Of a stretch of 64,000 nt of DNA, positions 38,001 to 49,049 are shown in pieces. The translations under genes were made by a program, and so were the position numbers. This stretch comes from Syntrophales bacterium (lineage in GTDB: Bacteria > Desulfobacterota > Syntrophia > Syntrophales > UBA2210). A model generated the notes under the pieces. That model was not told where the DNA came from. It ran no database searches and saw only the letters and a program-made list of their open reading frames with translations. The DNA is taken from assembly GCA_963662405.2 (NCBI GenBank), contig CAXXKT010000003.1:480001-544000 (forward strand). Direction: 5' to 3'. The first letter of the stretch is position 1. Each line of letters begins with the position of its first letter.

Positions 38001-38626
38001 TGCCTGATTGATTCGATCTCGTCACCGATCAGTTCCAACCGGAAGGGAGAAGAATACGCGGGCGGGAAGATGTCAACGATATTTCCCCGCAGGCTGAATT
38101 CTCCCGCCTTTTCGACCAGCGGGGTCCGCTGATAGCCGCCCGCGATTAGCTCGTCTGCCAGGAGGCCCCGATCTCTCATGTCCCCGATGGAGATGTTCTC
38201 CATATAGTGCTCGAATATTCCCACCGGGACGACCCTCTGCATCAAGGCGCTCAGGGGGGTTACCACCACGGTCGCTTGTCCCACCAGGATACGCGATAGG
38301 ACACCTGCTCGTCCTGCGGCGATCTCTTCCTGTCGGGAGAAGGTATCGCCCGGGGTGACGATCTCCCAGGGGGGGAAGAATAGGGCATTCCCTTCGCCGA
38401 GGAAGAAGGTCACATCACGGAAGACATTGAGGGCCTCGCGGTGGGAAGTGGTAACAAGGAGGAGGGATCTTCCGGTGTTTTTGGAGAGGAGTGAGAGGAT
38501 GAAGGCCTGCGCGGAGCCTCTGAGGCCACAGATATCCACCTCATCATCCCCCCGTTGAATCGTGCTGATAAGGGCACGGAGGGAGGAATCCGCAAGGGAT
38601 GTGTCTGCGTAAACTCGTTTCCTCAC
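35090..38626 (-). CDS. mfd: Transcription-repair coupling factor
   Basis: VVHVDHGIGRY, CGDAGFGKTEV, DEEQRFG, QLRGRVGR, TRCF domain; start uncertain. Confidence 0.96.
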   Translation of the reverse strand: MRKRVYADTSLADSSLRALISTIQRGDDEVDICGLRGSAQAFILSLLSKNTGRSLLLVTTSHREALNVFRDVTFFLGEGNALFFPPWEIVTPGDTFSRQEEIAAGRAGVLSRILVGQATVVVTPLSALMQRVVPVGIFEHYMENISIGDMRDRGLLADELIAGGYQRTPLVEKAGEFSLRGNIVDIFPPAYSSPFRLELIGDEIESIRQFDPATQRSLQEVVDFTLAPAGEVILSEKSKRRVLRNLRSRFNESGISQSRRSRLIEGIEQDVLSLTNLQLLPLFYEDPETDGMSNGLSTLLDYHPGNPVVICESPGVMEKAAEEAINNADRIARKAEDEGRFFLEKERFLASWDELSRKIYPLQKVYTGRLQAMDPISFETNDLTLKTDAEHHAQQDGILAPLAERARSWIAEGTRVHFLCAEGSIDKMERLLEEYALPVYRPDGPLFADLTSGAEGRLLIREGRISNGFSYPPLKTVIVSEEEIFGKKIRRRRKGSAREGYFLRSFGELEKGDFVVHVDHGIGRYQGLERLTFGTVESDFLLLEYRDQDRLYIPVDRLNQIQRYIGPDGHTPPVDKLGGTSWEAVKKKVKESVRVIAEELVAIYAAREVMQGHRFSSTGRDYEEFSSSFPFEETPDQARAIEDVYHDMSDAKPMDRLVCGDAGFGKTEVILRASFRASMDGRQVAVLVPTTILAEQHYRTFTERFIPYPVRIEVLNRYKTSAEQKKIVADIRSGLVDIVIGTHRLLQKDVGFKDLGLVVIDEEQRFGVTHKERLKKLRTLVDVLTLTATPIPRTLQLSLIGIRDLSIIETPPQERRPVEVHLAEFNEDLVRKAIERELARGGQIFFIHDRVRSIYSVARLIGKLVPSAKIAVAHGQMKAKELEDIMVGFVRRDFDILVSTTIISSGVDIPATNTIIINRADRFGLSQLYQLRGRVGRGNEHAYAYLLIPEESILSRDARKRLEIAREFSEPGSGFKVATHDLTIRGGGSVLGISQSGHVSAIGYELYTEMMEKTIRDLKGERYPGEEIDPEINLGVPAFIPDDFIPDTHTRLMTYKRISMVSSDSDLPGIREGLADCYGPVPPEVDTLMDIMRIKNRLRRILSTKMDYNGSELSIAFRGDSSFDPAKVITLSQERPGEVRFTPDNRLLVSMPDLGGKAIITQVFELLEELKIEEGGTF

Positions 38627-38645
38627 TAAAAAGCGGTTTCTTGTC

Positions 38646-39557
38646 CTATTTCGACACTTCCAGCATCCTGTCCAGGGCCAGCTTTGCGGGGACACGCATC
38701 TCTGCAGGGACCTGCACTTTGTGTTTCATCTCCAGCAGGGCGTCGAGGATGTCGTCAAGGGTCATACGTTTCATGTCCAGACAGACCAGATCTTCCGATG
38801 CCGGGATGAAGGTCTTGTCGGGGTTTTCCTTGTGCAGTTGGTGCATAATCCCCCGTTCGGTCCCGATAATGACTTCCCGGGCATCCGTCTCACGGGCGAA
38901 TTTCAGAATCCCTCCGGTGCTTCCGACAAAATCAGCCATTGCGGTAACCTCCGGGCGACATTCCGGGTGGACGGCGACGGGGGCTTCGGGATGTGCGTTC
39001 TTCACCCCCCGGACCTTGTCCGGTGACAGGTTGTTGTGCACGTAACAGAACCCTTTCCACGGAATGATCTTTTTGTCGGTAAACTGTGCGGTGTACCGTG
39101 CGAGATTTCCGTCGGGGACCATGAGGACGGTATCGGTGCCGAGGCTGTTCACAACCTTCACGGCGTTGGCGGAGGTGCAACAGATATCGCTGTGGGCTTT
39201 GATCTCTGCCGATGAATTGACGTACGTTACGACCTTCGCCTCGGGGTACTGCTCCTTTGTTCGCTTCAGTTCTTCGACGGTGATCGTGTCGGCGAGGGGG
39301 CAGCCCGCCTCGGGACGGGGGAGAAGGACCGTCTTTTCAGGCGAGAGGATCGAGGCACTTTCCGCCATAAACCGCACCCCGGCAAAGATGATGAGCGGTG
39401 CCTGTGTCTCGGCGGCCTCCATGCTCAGGGCCAGCGAATCTCCCAGGATGTCGGCAATATCCTGGATCTCGTCGGGCTGATAGTAGTGGGCAAGGAGGAC
39501 GGCATTGTTTTCTTCCAGCAATTTTCTGATCTGATCCTGTTTTTGTATGATGCTCAT
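38646..39557 (-). CDS. nadA: Quinolinate synthase
   Basis: LAHYYQ, GVRFMAESA, AGCPLAD, YVNSSA, CCTSANA, CYVH, HPEC. Confidence 0.96.
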   Translation of the reverse strand: MSIIQKQDQIRKLLEENNAVLLAHYYQPDEIQDIADILGDSLALSMEAAETQAPLIIFAGVRFMAESASILSPEKTVLLPRPEAGCPLADTITVEELKRTKEQYPEAKVVTYVNSSAEIKAHSDICCTSANAVKVVNSLGTDTVLMVPDGNLARYTAQFTDKKIIPWKGFCYVHNNLSPDKVRGVKNAHPEAPVAVHPECRPEVTAMADFVGSTGGILKFARETDAREVIIGTERGIMHQLHKENPDKTFIPASEDLVCLDMKRMTLDDILDALLEMKHKVQVPAEMRVPAKLALDRMLEVSK

Positions 39558-39729
39558 GTTATTCCCTCTCCGGGAGCGGGGCCCATCTCCCGATACGGAG
39601 AATGAATATATCATTGATCATATTTATTCAAGGCAGAAATATTGACAAGATTACGGGATTCATATAGTAAGGATCATTCACGCGTGACTCCGGGGCCTTA
39701 TCGGCTCTCCGGGGTCGAGGAGTCGACCC

Positions 39730-40980
39730 ATGATATCAGTGAAAGAGGCCTTGGATCATATCCTTGATTCCATTTCCCCCCTCGATTTCGAGAAGACGGA
39801 TATCCTGAGCGCTCAGGGAAGGGTGATCGGTGAGGATGTCTATGCCCTCCGAGACATCCCCCCCCGAGACAACTCGGCGATGGACGGTTATGCGGTCAGA
39901 TCGGAAGATATCGCAGATGCGGGGGCTGAAGCCCCTGTTTATCTAAAGATCATCGAAGAAATCCCAGCGGGTAAAATTCCACAACGGGTGGTTGGCCTTG
40001 GTGAGGCAACACGAATTATGACCGGCGCCCCCCTTCCGGAGGGGGCCGACGCCGTTGTGAAGGTGGAGGATACGATATCTGATGAAGACGGTGTGTCTAT
40101 ATCCGTTCCCCTCGCTCACGGCGAGAACGTCAGGTATGCCGGAGAGGATGTGAAAGCCGGGAATCTGATCATCGGTACGGGAGCGCTGCTTCGCCCCTCG
40201 GAGGTTGGCATGCTGGCGTCCCTCGGCCGCTCCTTCGTGAAGGTGTACCGGCGACCCCTGGTGGCGATCATATCCACCGGCGATGAACTGGTCGACATCG
40301 ATGCGGCGGCGACATCGCCCGGAAGGATTGTCAGCAGCAACAGTTACTCCCTTGCGGCGCAGGTGATGGCGTGTGGCGGCGTGCCGTTCCAACTCGGGAT
40401 TGCGAAGGATACCAGAGAAGATCTGACCGAGAAGTTCAGGGCCGCGCTCCGCGCCGATGTCATTATTTCGTCTGCCGGGGTGTCGGTCGGGGATTATGAT
40501 TTCGTGAAAGAGGTGATGGAGGATATCGGTATCACCATCGAATTCTGGCAGATCTCCCAACGTCCCGGTAAACCGATGGTTTTTGGATTCAAGGAAGACG
40601 TGCCGGTCTTTGGGCTTCCCGGAAATCCCGTTTCGTCGATGATTACCTTCGAACAGTACGTTCGTCCCGCGATACTGAAGATGACCGGCCACCGGAACAT
40701 CTTTCGCAGGACCGTCTGCGCGACCCTGACCCAAAGCATAAGGAAGAAACGGGGGCTCCGGTATTTTTTCAGGTCACAGGTGAAAAGTAAGGCGGACGGT
40801 TTTGTCGTCGAGATTACCGGAGAGCAGGGTTCCGGGATTCTCAGCTCCATGGTTCATGCAAACGGGATCATGGTTATCCCCGAGGATGTCGAGTTCGTCA
40901 GGGCGGGAGAAGGTGTCATGGTGCAACTGATCGACGATTCACATAATTCTTCGGATGAGCCACGATATTTGAAGGATTGA
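39730..40980 (+). CDS. moeA: Molybdopterin molybdotransferase
   Basis: NSAMDGYAV, IMTGAPLPEGADAV, STGDEL, GVSVGDYD, RPGKP, GLPGNPVS. Confidence 0.95.
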   Translation: MISVKEALDHILDSISPLDFEKTDILSAQGRVIGEDVYALRDIPPRDNSAMDGYAVRSEDIADAGAEAPVYLKIIEEIPAGKIPQRVVGLGEATRIMTGAPLPEGADAVVKVEDTISDEDGVSISVPLAHGENVRYAGEDVKAGNLIIGTGALLRPSEVGMLASLGRSFVKVYRRPLVAIISTGDELVDIDAAATSPGRIVSSNSYSLAAQVMACGGVPFQLGIAKDTREDLTEKFRAALRADVIISSAGVSVGDYDFVKEVMEDIGITIEFWQISQRPGKPMVFGFKEDVPVFGLPGNPVSSMITFEQYVRPAILKMTGHRNIFRRTVCATLTQSIRKKRGLRYFFRSQVKSKADGFVVEITGEQGSGILSSMVHANGIMVIPEDVEFVRAGEGVMVQLIDDSHNSSDEPRYLKD

Positions 40981-41023
40981 CAACCGGCAGGGAAAGAGAT
41001 ATCAAGAGGTTGCTGGATCATGC

Positions 41024-41121
41024 GGAAGTGCCAAGGTCACTGGTGGGCCTCCCGGACTTCAAATCCGGTGTGGGGCGCTAGAACCGTCCCGGGTGGGTTC
41101 GATTCCCATGCACTTCCGCCA
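41024..41121 (+). tRNA. selC: tRNA-Sec (anticodon UCA)
   Basis: 8-bp acceptor stem GGAAGTGC/GCACTTCC, anticodon arm CCGGA-CTTCAAA-TCCGG, long variable arm, GTTCGATTC T-loop, encoded GCCA end. Confidence 0.96.
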
Positions 41122-41436
41122 TTTTGTTCTTATCAAGTTCAATAGCCTGCCGAGATGCCGACAAAGGCCCGGATCACAGAGAGCGGGTTGCATGCCGGAT
41201 CCAATACGGAATGATGGCACGTTTTGATAGGGTGCCTCTTGCGGTGAGGCACTGTGTAGGTGATCTATATGTGGAGATTGTGCCGTTTCCCCTTTCCGGG
41301 AGGATGTCCTCTGCCGGGGGTTCAGTGCGGGATAGGACGAAGGAGCGGGAGACAGGTTCTTCATCACGGTTAGATGTACTATACTCAATAATACAGGTAA
41401 TATTAAATATCTATTTTCCAAGGAGGTATCTATTCA

Positions 41437-41718
41437 ATGGCCCTGAAAAAGACAGACATAATCAAATCGATCCAAGACCGGCTTGGCTTTTCGAAGGAAC
41501 AAGCCGCCGCTCTATTCGAATCCACCCTTGAACTTATAAAGCAATCGCTTGAGAAGGGTGAAGAGGTCAAGATCAGCGGATTCGGAAAATTTTACGTGAT
41601 CGAAAAGAAGGCAAGAAATGGGAGAAACCCCCAAACCGGAAAACCTATGATTATCGCGCCAAGAAGGGTTGTCTCTTTCCGATATTCTTCCCGTGCACGG
41701 GATGGCCTCAATAATTGA
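41437..41718 (+). CDS. ihfA: Integration host factor alpha-like (HU/IHF family)
   Basis: GEEVKISGFGKF..KKARNGRNPQTG..RRVVSFR; AAGGAGG RBS. Confidence 0.85.
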   Translation: MALKKTDIIKSIQDRLGFSKEQAAALFESTLELIKQSLEKGEEVKISGFGKFYVIEKKARNGRNPQTGKPMIIAPRRVVSFRYSSRARDGLNN

Positions 41719-42395
41719 CGGGGCCGTTGTGTTATCTTCTATGCCGGTATGGAACAGAAGGAAATACTTTTCATGGCCGGAAATCGGTGACTTCCGGTGA
41801 GGGAATTGCATATATGATTGACGGATAGTATTTCAGAACGAGCAGTTACTTCGTCTTTTCACGTGACAGCAGGCCGATCGTGAAGGCGGAGCTTGATATT
41901 TTTCTTACTGTCAGGAGATAATATATATCTCCCACCCTCGCACCACGGAAAAAACGCCAAGCTCCATCTGCCGTCTTGTCACAAACGGAGCAGCCCCGTT
42001 CGCGGTGTCGTGTCCATCGTGCCGCCGCTTAAATCTTGAGGAAACAAACCACGATAGATGATCCTTAACGAATACCGCGTTGATGCGATGCGCCCTATTG
42101 GTGCGAGGAATACAATGAAAAAGGTGCCATCAGGAGAGCGGCAGCGATGAACGCACATCCCGAATAAACGTGAAACATGGATGCTCCCGAAAGTCCCGAT
42201 AATGGAAAAACCCAAGAAACCGAAGACTCGAAACCCTCTGATTTCCGCATGTTCGGTAACGGTATAAAAGGGGAATCCCGTTCTGAAGTGAATTGATCGT
42301 TTCTCCCTCGCCTCTCCGATGCGTATTGAAGCTGCTCTCAGGAAGAAAGAGCCAAGAGGGTTATAGACAATTCAAATCATAAAGAGGCCTTCTGT

Positions 42396-44468
42396 TCAAC
42401 CTTCCGTCACGATCCGTGAAAAATCGGCGATCCGGTAGAAGAGGCGCGCCATCTCCTCCAAAAGAGAAAGTCGGTTGAAGCGGATCTTTCCATCTTTTGC
42501 CATTACCATCACCTCGTCGAAGAAGGTATCGACCGGTTTCCTGAGCCGCGCCATTTCGGAGAGGGCCTCCGCGTAGCTGCCGTCGTCGATGAATGTATCG
42601 GCCTTTCCCCGTATCTCGTTGAAGACGCGGAAGAGGTCCTCTTCGGCAGGGTCGTCGAAGAGGGATGGGTCGACGGCGCCTCCTTCGAATCCCTTGAGGA
42701 TGTTGACAACGCGCTTGAAAGCGACCGCCAGCGGTTCAAAGTCGGGATGTGCCTTAAACGTTTCCATGGCCTCTGTTTTTTTCAAGGACTGAACGATGTC
42801 CGATATGCCCTGTGCGAGGACCGCGTCGACCACGTCATTCGGGTGTCCCTGTGAGAGGAGCTGGTTTTCAAATCTTCCCTTCAGGAAGTTCATGACATCC
42901 GACCGGGTCTCTCCCTTCGCTCGTTTCAGCTTCCCGTCGAGGATATCGAGGCTCTTGTCCACCAGTTTCTCAATATCAAGGGAGTAGTTTTTATCGAGAA
43001 TGATATTGATAATCCCGAGGGCCTGGCGTCTCAGGGCGTAGGGATCGGCGGTTCCCGTGGGGATCAGCTTCACGCCGAAGCACCCCGCAATGGAGTCCAT
43101 CTTGTCGGCGATGCTGACGATCGCTCCTTCGTCCGTCTCCGGAAGTTGTCCCCCTGCGCCAAGGGGCATATAGTGCTCGTAGATCGCCTGTGCGATGACG
43201 GGCTCTTCTCCCTGCAAGAGGGCGTACTCCCTTCCCATCACCCCCTGAAGCTCGGTGAATTCGTACACCATCTGGGTCTCGAGGTCCGCCTTGCACAGGA
43301 GGGCGACCCGGTCGACCGACGGCGCGAGCTCGGGGCGTATCGTCTCGGCGATATATGCCGCCAGTTCCCTGAACTGCATCACTTTTTCGTACGACGTCCC
43401 CAGGAGACTGTGGAATATGACCTCTTTCAGATCCTCCAGGTGGTCTTCGAGGGGGGTCTTCCGGTCTTCCTCAAAGAAAAAGCGGGCATCGGCGAGACGG
43501 GCCCGTATTACCTTCTCGTTGCCCCGCGCCACGACCGCAGGATCACGGGCCAGGGTGTTGTTCACGGTGATGAAGTGGGGGAGGAGTTTCCCCTGTGCAT
43601 CGACGACGGGGAAGTATTTCTGGTGTTTTATCATCGCGGTTGTCAGCACCTCTTTGGGGAGGGCGAGGTATTCCCGGTCGAAGGTCCCGCAGACGACGGA
43701 GGGATATTCGATCAGAAAGCTGACCTCCCCGAGAAGATCCTCGTTTTCGAGAACGATCCCCGCGACGGCCGCGGCTGCTTTTCGTGCCTCCCCTTGTATA
43801 ATCGCCCGTCTTCTCTCCGGATCCGCGATGACGAACCGTTCTTCGGTCTTTTTGAGGTAGTCTTCAATTCCGCTGACGGCAAAGGACTCCGGGGACATGA
43901 AACGGTGACCGCGGCTCATGTTCGAACTGGTTATGTTCTCTATGGAGAAGGGAATGATATCATCCCCGAAGAGGGCCACGATCCAATGAATCGGGCGGGC
44001 AAAGCGGATATTCAGATCCATCCAGCGCATCGATTTCTTAAAGGGGATCGAGAGGATGAAGCGGGGGAGAAGCTCCGCCAGGACGGCCTTTGTGCCCTGC
44101 CCGACGATTTTTTTGCGCGAACAGATCTGTTTCCCCTTCGGTGTTTCAACAATTTCCAGTTCGGAAACGTCCATCCCCTGTCCCCGGGCGAATCCGAGGG
44201 CGGCCTTGGTGGGTTTCCCCTCTTCGTCAAATGCAACGGTGGTCGAAGGCCCCATTTTTTCGATAACCTGGTCCTCCTGCCTCTCGCTGACATCCGTGAC
44301 CGACAGGAGCAATCGTCGGGGTGTCCCCATTGTTCGGATCGAGCAGTGTCCGATGCGGTGCTCGGAAAACTCGCCGGTAATGATTCGCTCCATATCCTTC
44401 AGCGTCTTCGGCAGGAAGGCGGCCGGGATCTCTTCCGTCCCTATCTCCAACAACAATTCTTTGCCCAT
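42396..44468 (-). CDS. glyS: Glycine-tRNA ligase beta subunit
   Basis: LLLEIGTEEIP, TPRRL, FARPIHW, RARLADARFF, EFTELQG, PTGTADPYALRR. Confidence 0.97.
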   Translation of the reverse strand: MGKELLLEIGTEEIPAAFLPKTLKDMERIITGEFSEHRIGHCSIRTMGTPRRLLLSVTDVSERQEDQVIEKMGPSTTVAFDEEGKPTKAALGFARGQGMDVSELEIVETPKGKQICSRKKIVGQGTKAVLAELLPRFILSIPFKKSMRWMDLNIRFARPIHWIVALFGDDIIPFSIENITSSNMSRGHRFMSPESFAVSGIEDYLKKTEERFVIADPERRRAIIQGEARKAAAAVAGIVLENEDLLGEVSFLIEYPSVVCGTFDREYLALPKEVLTTAMIKHQKYFPVVDAQGKLLPHFITVNNTLARDPAVVARGNEKVIRARLADARFFFEEDRKTPLEDHLEDLKEVIFHSLLGTSYEKVMQFRELAAYIAETIRPELAPSVDRVALLCKADLETQMVYEFTELQGVMGREYALLQGEEPVIAQAIYEHYMPLGAGGQLPETDEGAIVSIADKMDSIAGCFGVKLIPTGTADPYALRRQALGIINIILDKNYSLDIEKLVDKSLDILDGKLKRAKGETRSDVMNFLKGRFENQLLSQGHPNDVVDAVLAQGISDIVQSLKKTEAMETFKAHPDFEPLAVAFKRVVNILKGFEGGAVDPSLFDDPAEEDLFRVFNEIRGKADTFIDDGSYAEALSEMARLRKPVDTFFDEVMVMAKDGKIRFNRLSLLEEMARLFYRIADFSRIVTEG

Positions 44469-44487
44469 GAGAACAATAGCTCCTCTT

Positions 44488-45369
<882 letters not shown>

Positions 45370-45475
45370 GATTGCCTCCTTCACGTGTACGCTGTGCGGC
45401 GGTATTGAAACTCAGGGACGCTATCACTCCCGGCGGGGCCTGTCAAGGCGTAATCATTCGCCGGGCCCCACACGG

Positions 45476-46246
45476 TCAGGTCATTCTTTTGATTTCATCG
45501 AGGACCTGCAGGGACTTGGGCTCTCTCCCCAGGATGTGCCGTATGAAGTGTCTGAGGATCCGGGCGCTTTCCCCGAGGGCGTTCTCCGAGAGGACCAGTC
45601 TGCCTATTCGGTCAGGCTCCATTTCTCTGCCCATCAGGAGCGTTTTGACCGTTCCCTGTGAGAGGGGGATGCCGTTCTGATCGTTTTCCCGGTTACACCG
45701 TGAGCAGCGGATTCCTCCCCGGATCGCATCAAAGAGGATGGTACCGGTCTTGTCGAGCGGTCTGTCGCAGAGGACGCATCGTTCCAGCATCGGTTCGTAT
45801 CCCGAGAGCGTGAGGAGGCGCAGTTCAAAGAATCGCATCGTCTCCTCCACGCCGTTTTCCCTCTCCAGAAGTCCCAGAAAATCCTCCAGCAGGGTGAAGG
45901 TGGCGAGACTTCGTTTCTCCTCCACGGTGAACCGGTCTACCAACTCGATCATATATGACGCGGCCATGGTCCGTTCCAGGTTTGACCTGATCACCGGATA
46001 GTGGTCCAGGACGTCACAGTTTTCGATGATGGCCAGGCTGCTCTCGTCCCGTCGGGAAAAGAGGAGCGAAGAACAGGAGAAAGGCTCTATGGCGTTGGAG
46101 AAGCGTTTCCGACTCCGCCGCGCTCCCTTGGCAATCCCCTTGATCTTACCGAAGTTCCGGGTAAAAAAGGTGACGATCCGGTCGGATTCGCCGTAGTTGA
46201 GGAAGTGCAGGACAAACGCCGGTGTCTTGAGGGGAGGCCTTCTCAT
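45476..46246 (-). CDS. recO: DNA repair protein RecO
   Basis: YGESDRIVTFFT..GKIKGIAKGARRS, CVLC..CSRC zinc finger. Confidence 0.93.
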   Translation of the reverse strand: MRRPPLKTPAFVLHFLNYGESDRIVTFFTRNFGKIKGIAKGARRSRKRFSNAIEPFSCSSLLFSRRDESSLAIIENCDVLDHYPVIRSNLERTMAASYMIELVDRFTVEEKRSLATFTLLEDFLGLLERENGVEETMRFFELRLLTLSGYEPMLERCVLCDRPLDKTGTILFDAIRGGIRCSRCNRENDQNGIPLSQGTVKTLLMGREMEPDRIGRLVLSENALGESARILRHFIRHILGREPKSLQVLDEIKRMT

Positions 46247-47604
46247 ACCAACAGCTTCAGGAAGATGGTTGCCAGACCCAGGAAGGAAAGAAAACCGAAG
46301 GCATCCGTGAAGGCGGTGACGAAGATGTGAGAGCCCAAGGCGGGATCCGCCTTTATCCATTTGAGGCTCAGCGGGATGAGGGTTCCGATGAGGGTTCCCA
46401 CGAATACATTGATGATCATGGCGAGGCCGAGGACCACTCCCAGAATCGGCATTCCCTTCCAGAGGGCGGCAATGAGTCCGATCACGACCCCCACGGCCAC
46501 GCCGTTGACGACTCCCACGACGACCTGTTTGTAGAGTGCTTTTTTTGCATTGTCGAAGGTGACCTCGCCGAGGGCCAACCCCCTGACGATCAGGGTCAGG
46601 GTCTGGCTGCCCGCATTTCCTCCGATCGCCGCCACCACCGGCATGAAGACGGTAAGGACAATGACCATCTGGATTGTGTTCTCGAAGAAGCCGATGACCA
46701 ACGCCGAGGCGAGGGCCGTCAGGAGATTGAGATACAACCAGGGAAGCCTCCGCTTGACGGATTCCATCGGCTCGTTGAAGACGGTATCGTCTTCACCGAG
46801 ACCGGCGATGCGGTAGATATCCTCTGATGATTCCTCCTCCATAACGTCGACGATATCGTCCACCGTGATCCGGCCGAGCAAGTGGTTGCCGGCGTCGACG
46901 ACGGGGAGTGAAACGAGATCGTACTTCTCGAACATCCGCGCGACCTCCTCCTGGTCGATATCCGTCTGAACGGAGGGGATCGTCTTGTCGATAGACTCCA
47001 ATGCAGGGCTGGTTCGTTTTGCCGTAATCAGTTTCTGGAGGGGGATGGTCCCGATGAGGGCATTGACCTTATCCACGAGGAAAACATTATAGACATGCTC
47101 AATCTCGTCGGAGGCCTGTATCACGGCCTTGATACCATCATTGATTGTGGAGTCGGAGGGGATGGAGACCAACTCGGATTGCATAATCCCGCCGGCCGTG
47201 TCTTCTTCGTATCTCAGGAGGTTTTTGAGTTCCTGCGATCCCTCGGGTTCTATCCCTGCGAGGACTGCCCGGGCCTGGTCTTCGGGAAGCTCGGCGATAA
47301 CGTCCGCCGCGTCGTCCGAATCCATCTCATCGATGATCTCGGCGAGTTTCTTGTCCGATATGTCTTCGAGGATCTGTTCGCGGGAGACGTCACTCAACTC
47401 GGGGATGACGTCGGATGCCTTCTCCACATCGAGGAGCGAAAAGAGGTGGATCTTCTCCTGCTCGGCGAGATTGTCGATGAGGTCGGCGATGTCGGCCGGG
47501 TGGAGCTCGGAGAAGAGATCAATGATTGCGAACTCCCTGTTCAGGCGGATCCACTTCTTCAGTTGGCCGAGGTGCGGTATCTCTTCTTCCCGTCGTCTTT
47601 TCAT
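46243..47604 (-). CDS. mgtE: Magnesium transporter MgtE
   Basis: HPADIA, MDSDDAAD, CBS pair, RLPWL, GGNAGSQ, DPALGS. Confidence 0.95.
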   Translation of the reverse strand: MKRRREEEIPHLGQLKKWIRLNREFAIIDLFSELHPADIADLIDNLAEQEKIHLFSLLDVEKASDVIPELSDVSREQILEDISDKKLAEIIDEMDSDDAADVIAELPEDQARAVLAGIEPEGSQELKNLLRYEEDTAGGIMQSELVSIPSDSTINDGIKAVIQASDEIEHVYNVFLVDKVNALIGTIPLQKLITAKRTSPALESIDKTIPSVQTDIDQEEVARMFEKYDLVSLPVVDAGNHLLGRITVDDIVDVMEEESSEDIYRIAGLGEDDTVFNEPMESVKRRLPWLYLNLLTALASALVIGFFENTIQMVIVLTVFMPVVAAIGGNAGSQTLTLIVRGLALGEVTFDNAKKALYKQVVVGVVNGVAVGVVIGLIAALWKGMPILGVVLGLAMIINVFVGTLIGTLIPLSLKWIKADPALGSHIFVTAFTDAFGFLSFLGLATIFLKLLV

Positions 47605-47753
47605 GGCACATCCCCGTTGGCAAACAAAAACAACTTTCATTACCACGTCTTAGGAGAGAGGGCAAGGATGAAATCGAACAGAACTCACCCTGTCGGAGAG
47701 GTGGACGATGGGAATCGGGAAATTTGTGAGGGGAAATACGCCAGGTCCGGGCC

Positions 47754-49049
47754 CTAGGCCTTGCCCCCGAGATCCGCGTATTTAACCTCCCCGCCAACGA
47801 TGGTCATGACCGCCCTTCCGACGAGTTCCCAGCCGTGAAAAGGACAGTTACGACCCTTTGAGCGGAATGCCCCTGTGTCGACCGTCCATGCGTTCTCCGT
47901 GTCGATGACGGTGATATCGGCGTCGAGGCCCGGCTTCAGCGAACCCTTGGGTATCTTCAGGATACGTGCGGGGTTTGTGCTCATCCTCTCGATCAGTTGC
48001 GGGAGGGAGAGGATGCCGTCATGCACCAGTTTCAGCGAGAGGGCGAGGGATGTCTCCAGACCGACGATCCCGTTCGCGGCGTATGCGAATTCGACTTCCT
48101 TCTCAATGGATGAGTGGGGGGCATGGTCGCTGGCTATGACGTCGATCGTGCCGTCCCCGAGCCCTTCTTTGATCGCCTCTATGTCATCCGCACCCCGCAG
48201 GGGGGGGTACATCTTGCAGTCCGTAGAGAAGCCCCTGAGCGCCTCATCGGTCAGGGTAAAGTAATGAGGCGCCGTCTCGGCGGTCACCTGTATCCCCGCT
48301 GCCTTGGCCTCTCTCACGATCCGGACGGAGCCGGCCGTGCTTACGTGAGCGATGTGCACGCTCGTCTCCGTGAAACGGGCAAGGGCGATGTCGCGTGCCA
48401 CCATGATCTCTTCCGCGACGGCCGGAATCCCGGGAAGACCCAGCTGCGTGGACACGAACCCCTCGTGCATCAGGCCGTCCTCGGACAGCCCCCGGTCTTC
48501 GCAGTGCGAAAGCACGGGCATATCGAACGAGTGGGCGTATTCGAGGGCACGCCGCATCAGACCGCTGTCCGTGACCGGATTACCGTCGTCTGAAAAGGCC
48601 ACGGCCCCGGCCCCTTTGAGGTCGCCGAATTCAGTCAGCGCCGTTCCCTTTTGACCCTTGCTGAGGGCTGCAACCGGATATACCTTCGCCAGTGAGGCCA
48701 GGCGTGCCTGATTCAGTATGAATTCCGTTACCGAGCGGTTGTCATTGACCGGATCGGTATTCGCCATGCAGGCGATGGCGGTGAACCCCCCGGCGACCGC
48801 GGCCTCGCACCCTGTTCGAACCGTTTCCTTGTACTCGAAGCCCGGTTCACGGAGGTGGACATGCATGTCGATCAGGCCGGGCGCAACGATCTTTCCCTTC
48901 AGATCGATGACCTGGGTGGCCTCGGCCTTGGAGAGCGGGATATCCTTTTCGATACGGGAGATTATTCCGTCTTCTATCAGGATATCAGCGACCGTATCCA
49001 TCCCCTGCGAGGGGTCTACAATCCTGCCACCCTTGAGTAACAGCTTCAT
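47754..49049 (-). CDS. pyrC: Dihydroorotase
   Basis: [31 protein letters not shown]. Confidence 0.95.
   Translation of the reverse strand: MKLLLKGGRIVDPSQGMDTVADILIEDGIISRIEKDIPLSKAEATQVIDLKGKIVAPGLIDMHVHLREPGFEYKETVRTGCEAAVAGGFTAIACMANTDPVNDNRSVTEFILNQARLASLAKVYPVAALSKGQKGTALTEFGDLKGAGAVAFSDDGNPVTDSGLMRRALEYAHSFDMPVLSHCEDRGLSEDGLMHEGFVSTQLGLPGIPAVAEEIMVARDIALARFTETSVHIAHVSTAGSVRIVREAKAAGIQVTAETAPHYFTLTDEALRGFSTDCKMYPPLRGADDIEAIKEGLGDGTIDVIASDHAPHSSIEKEVEFAYAANGIVGLETSLALSLKLVHDGILSLPQLIERMSTNPARILKIPKGSLKPGLDADITVIDTENAWTVDTGAFRSKGRNCPFHGWELVGRAVMTIVGGEVKYADLGGKA

Noticed and set aside
39685..39720. Moco riboswitch upstream of moeA
   Set aside because: Only one GC-rich hairpin in a short leader; the multi-stem motif is not evident.
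41059..41531. ORFs overlapping tRNA-Sec and ihfA
   Set aside because: They overlap confident features and show no protein-like motifs.
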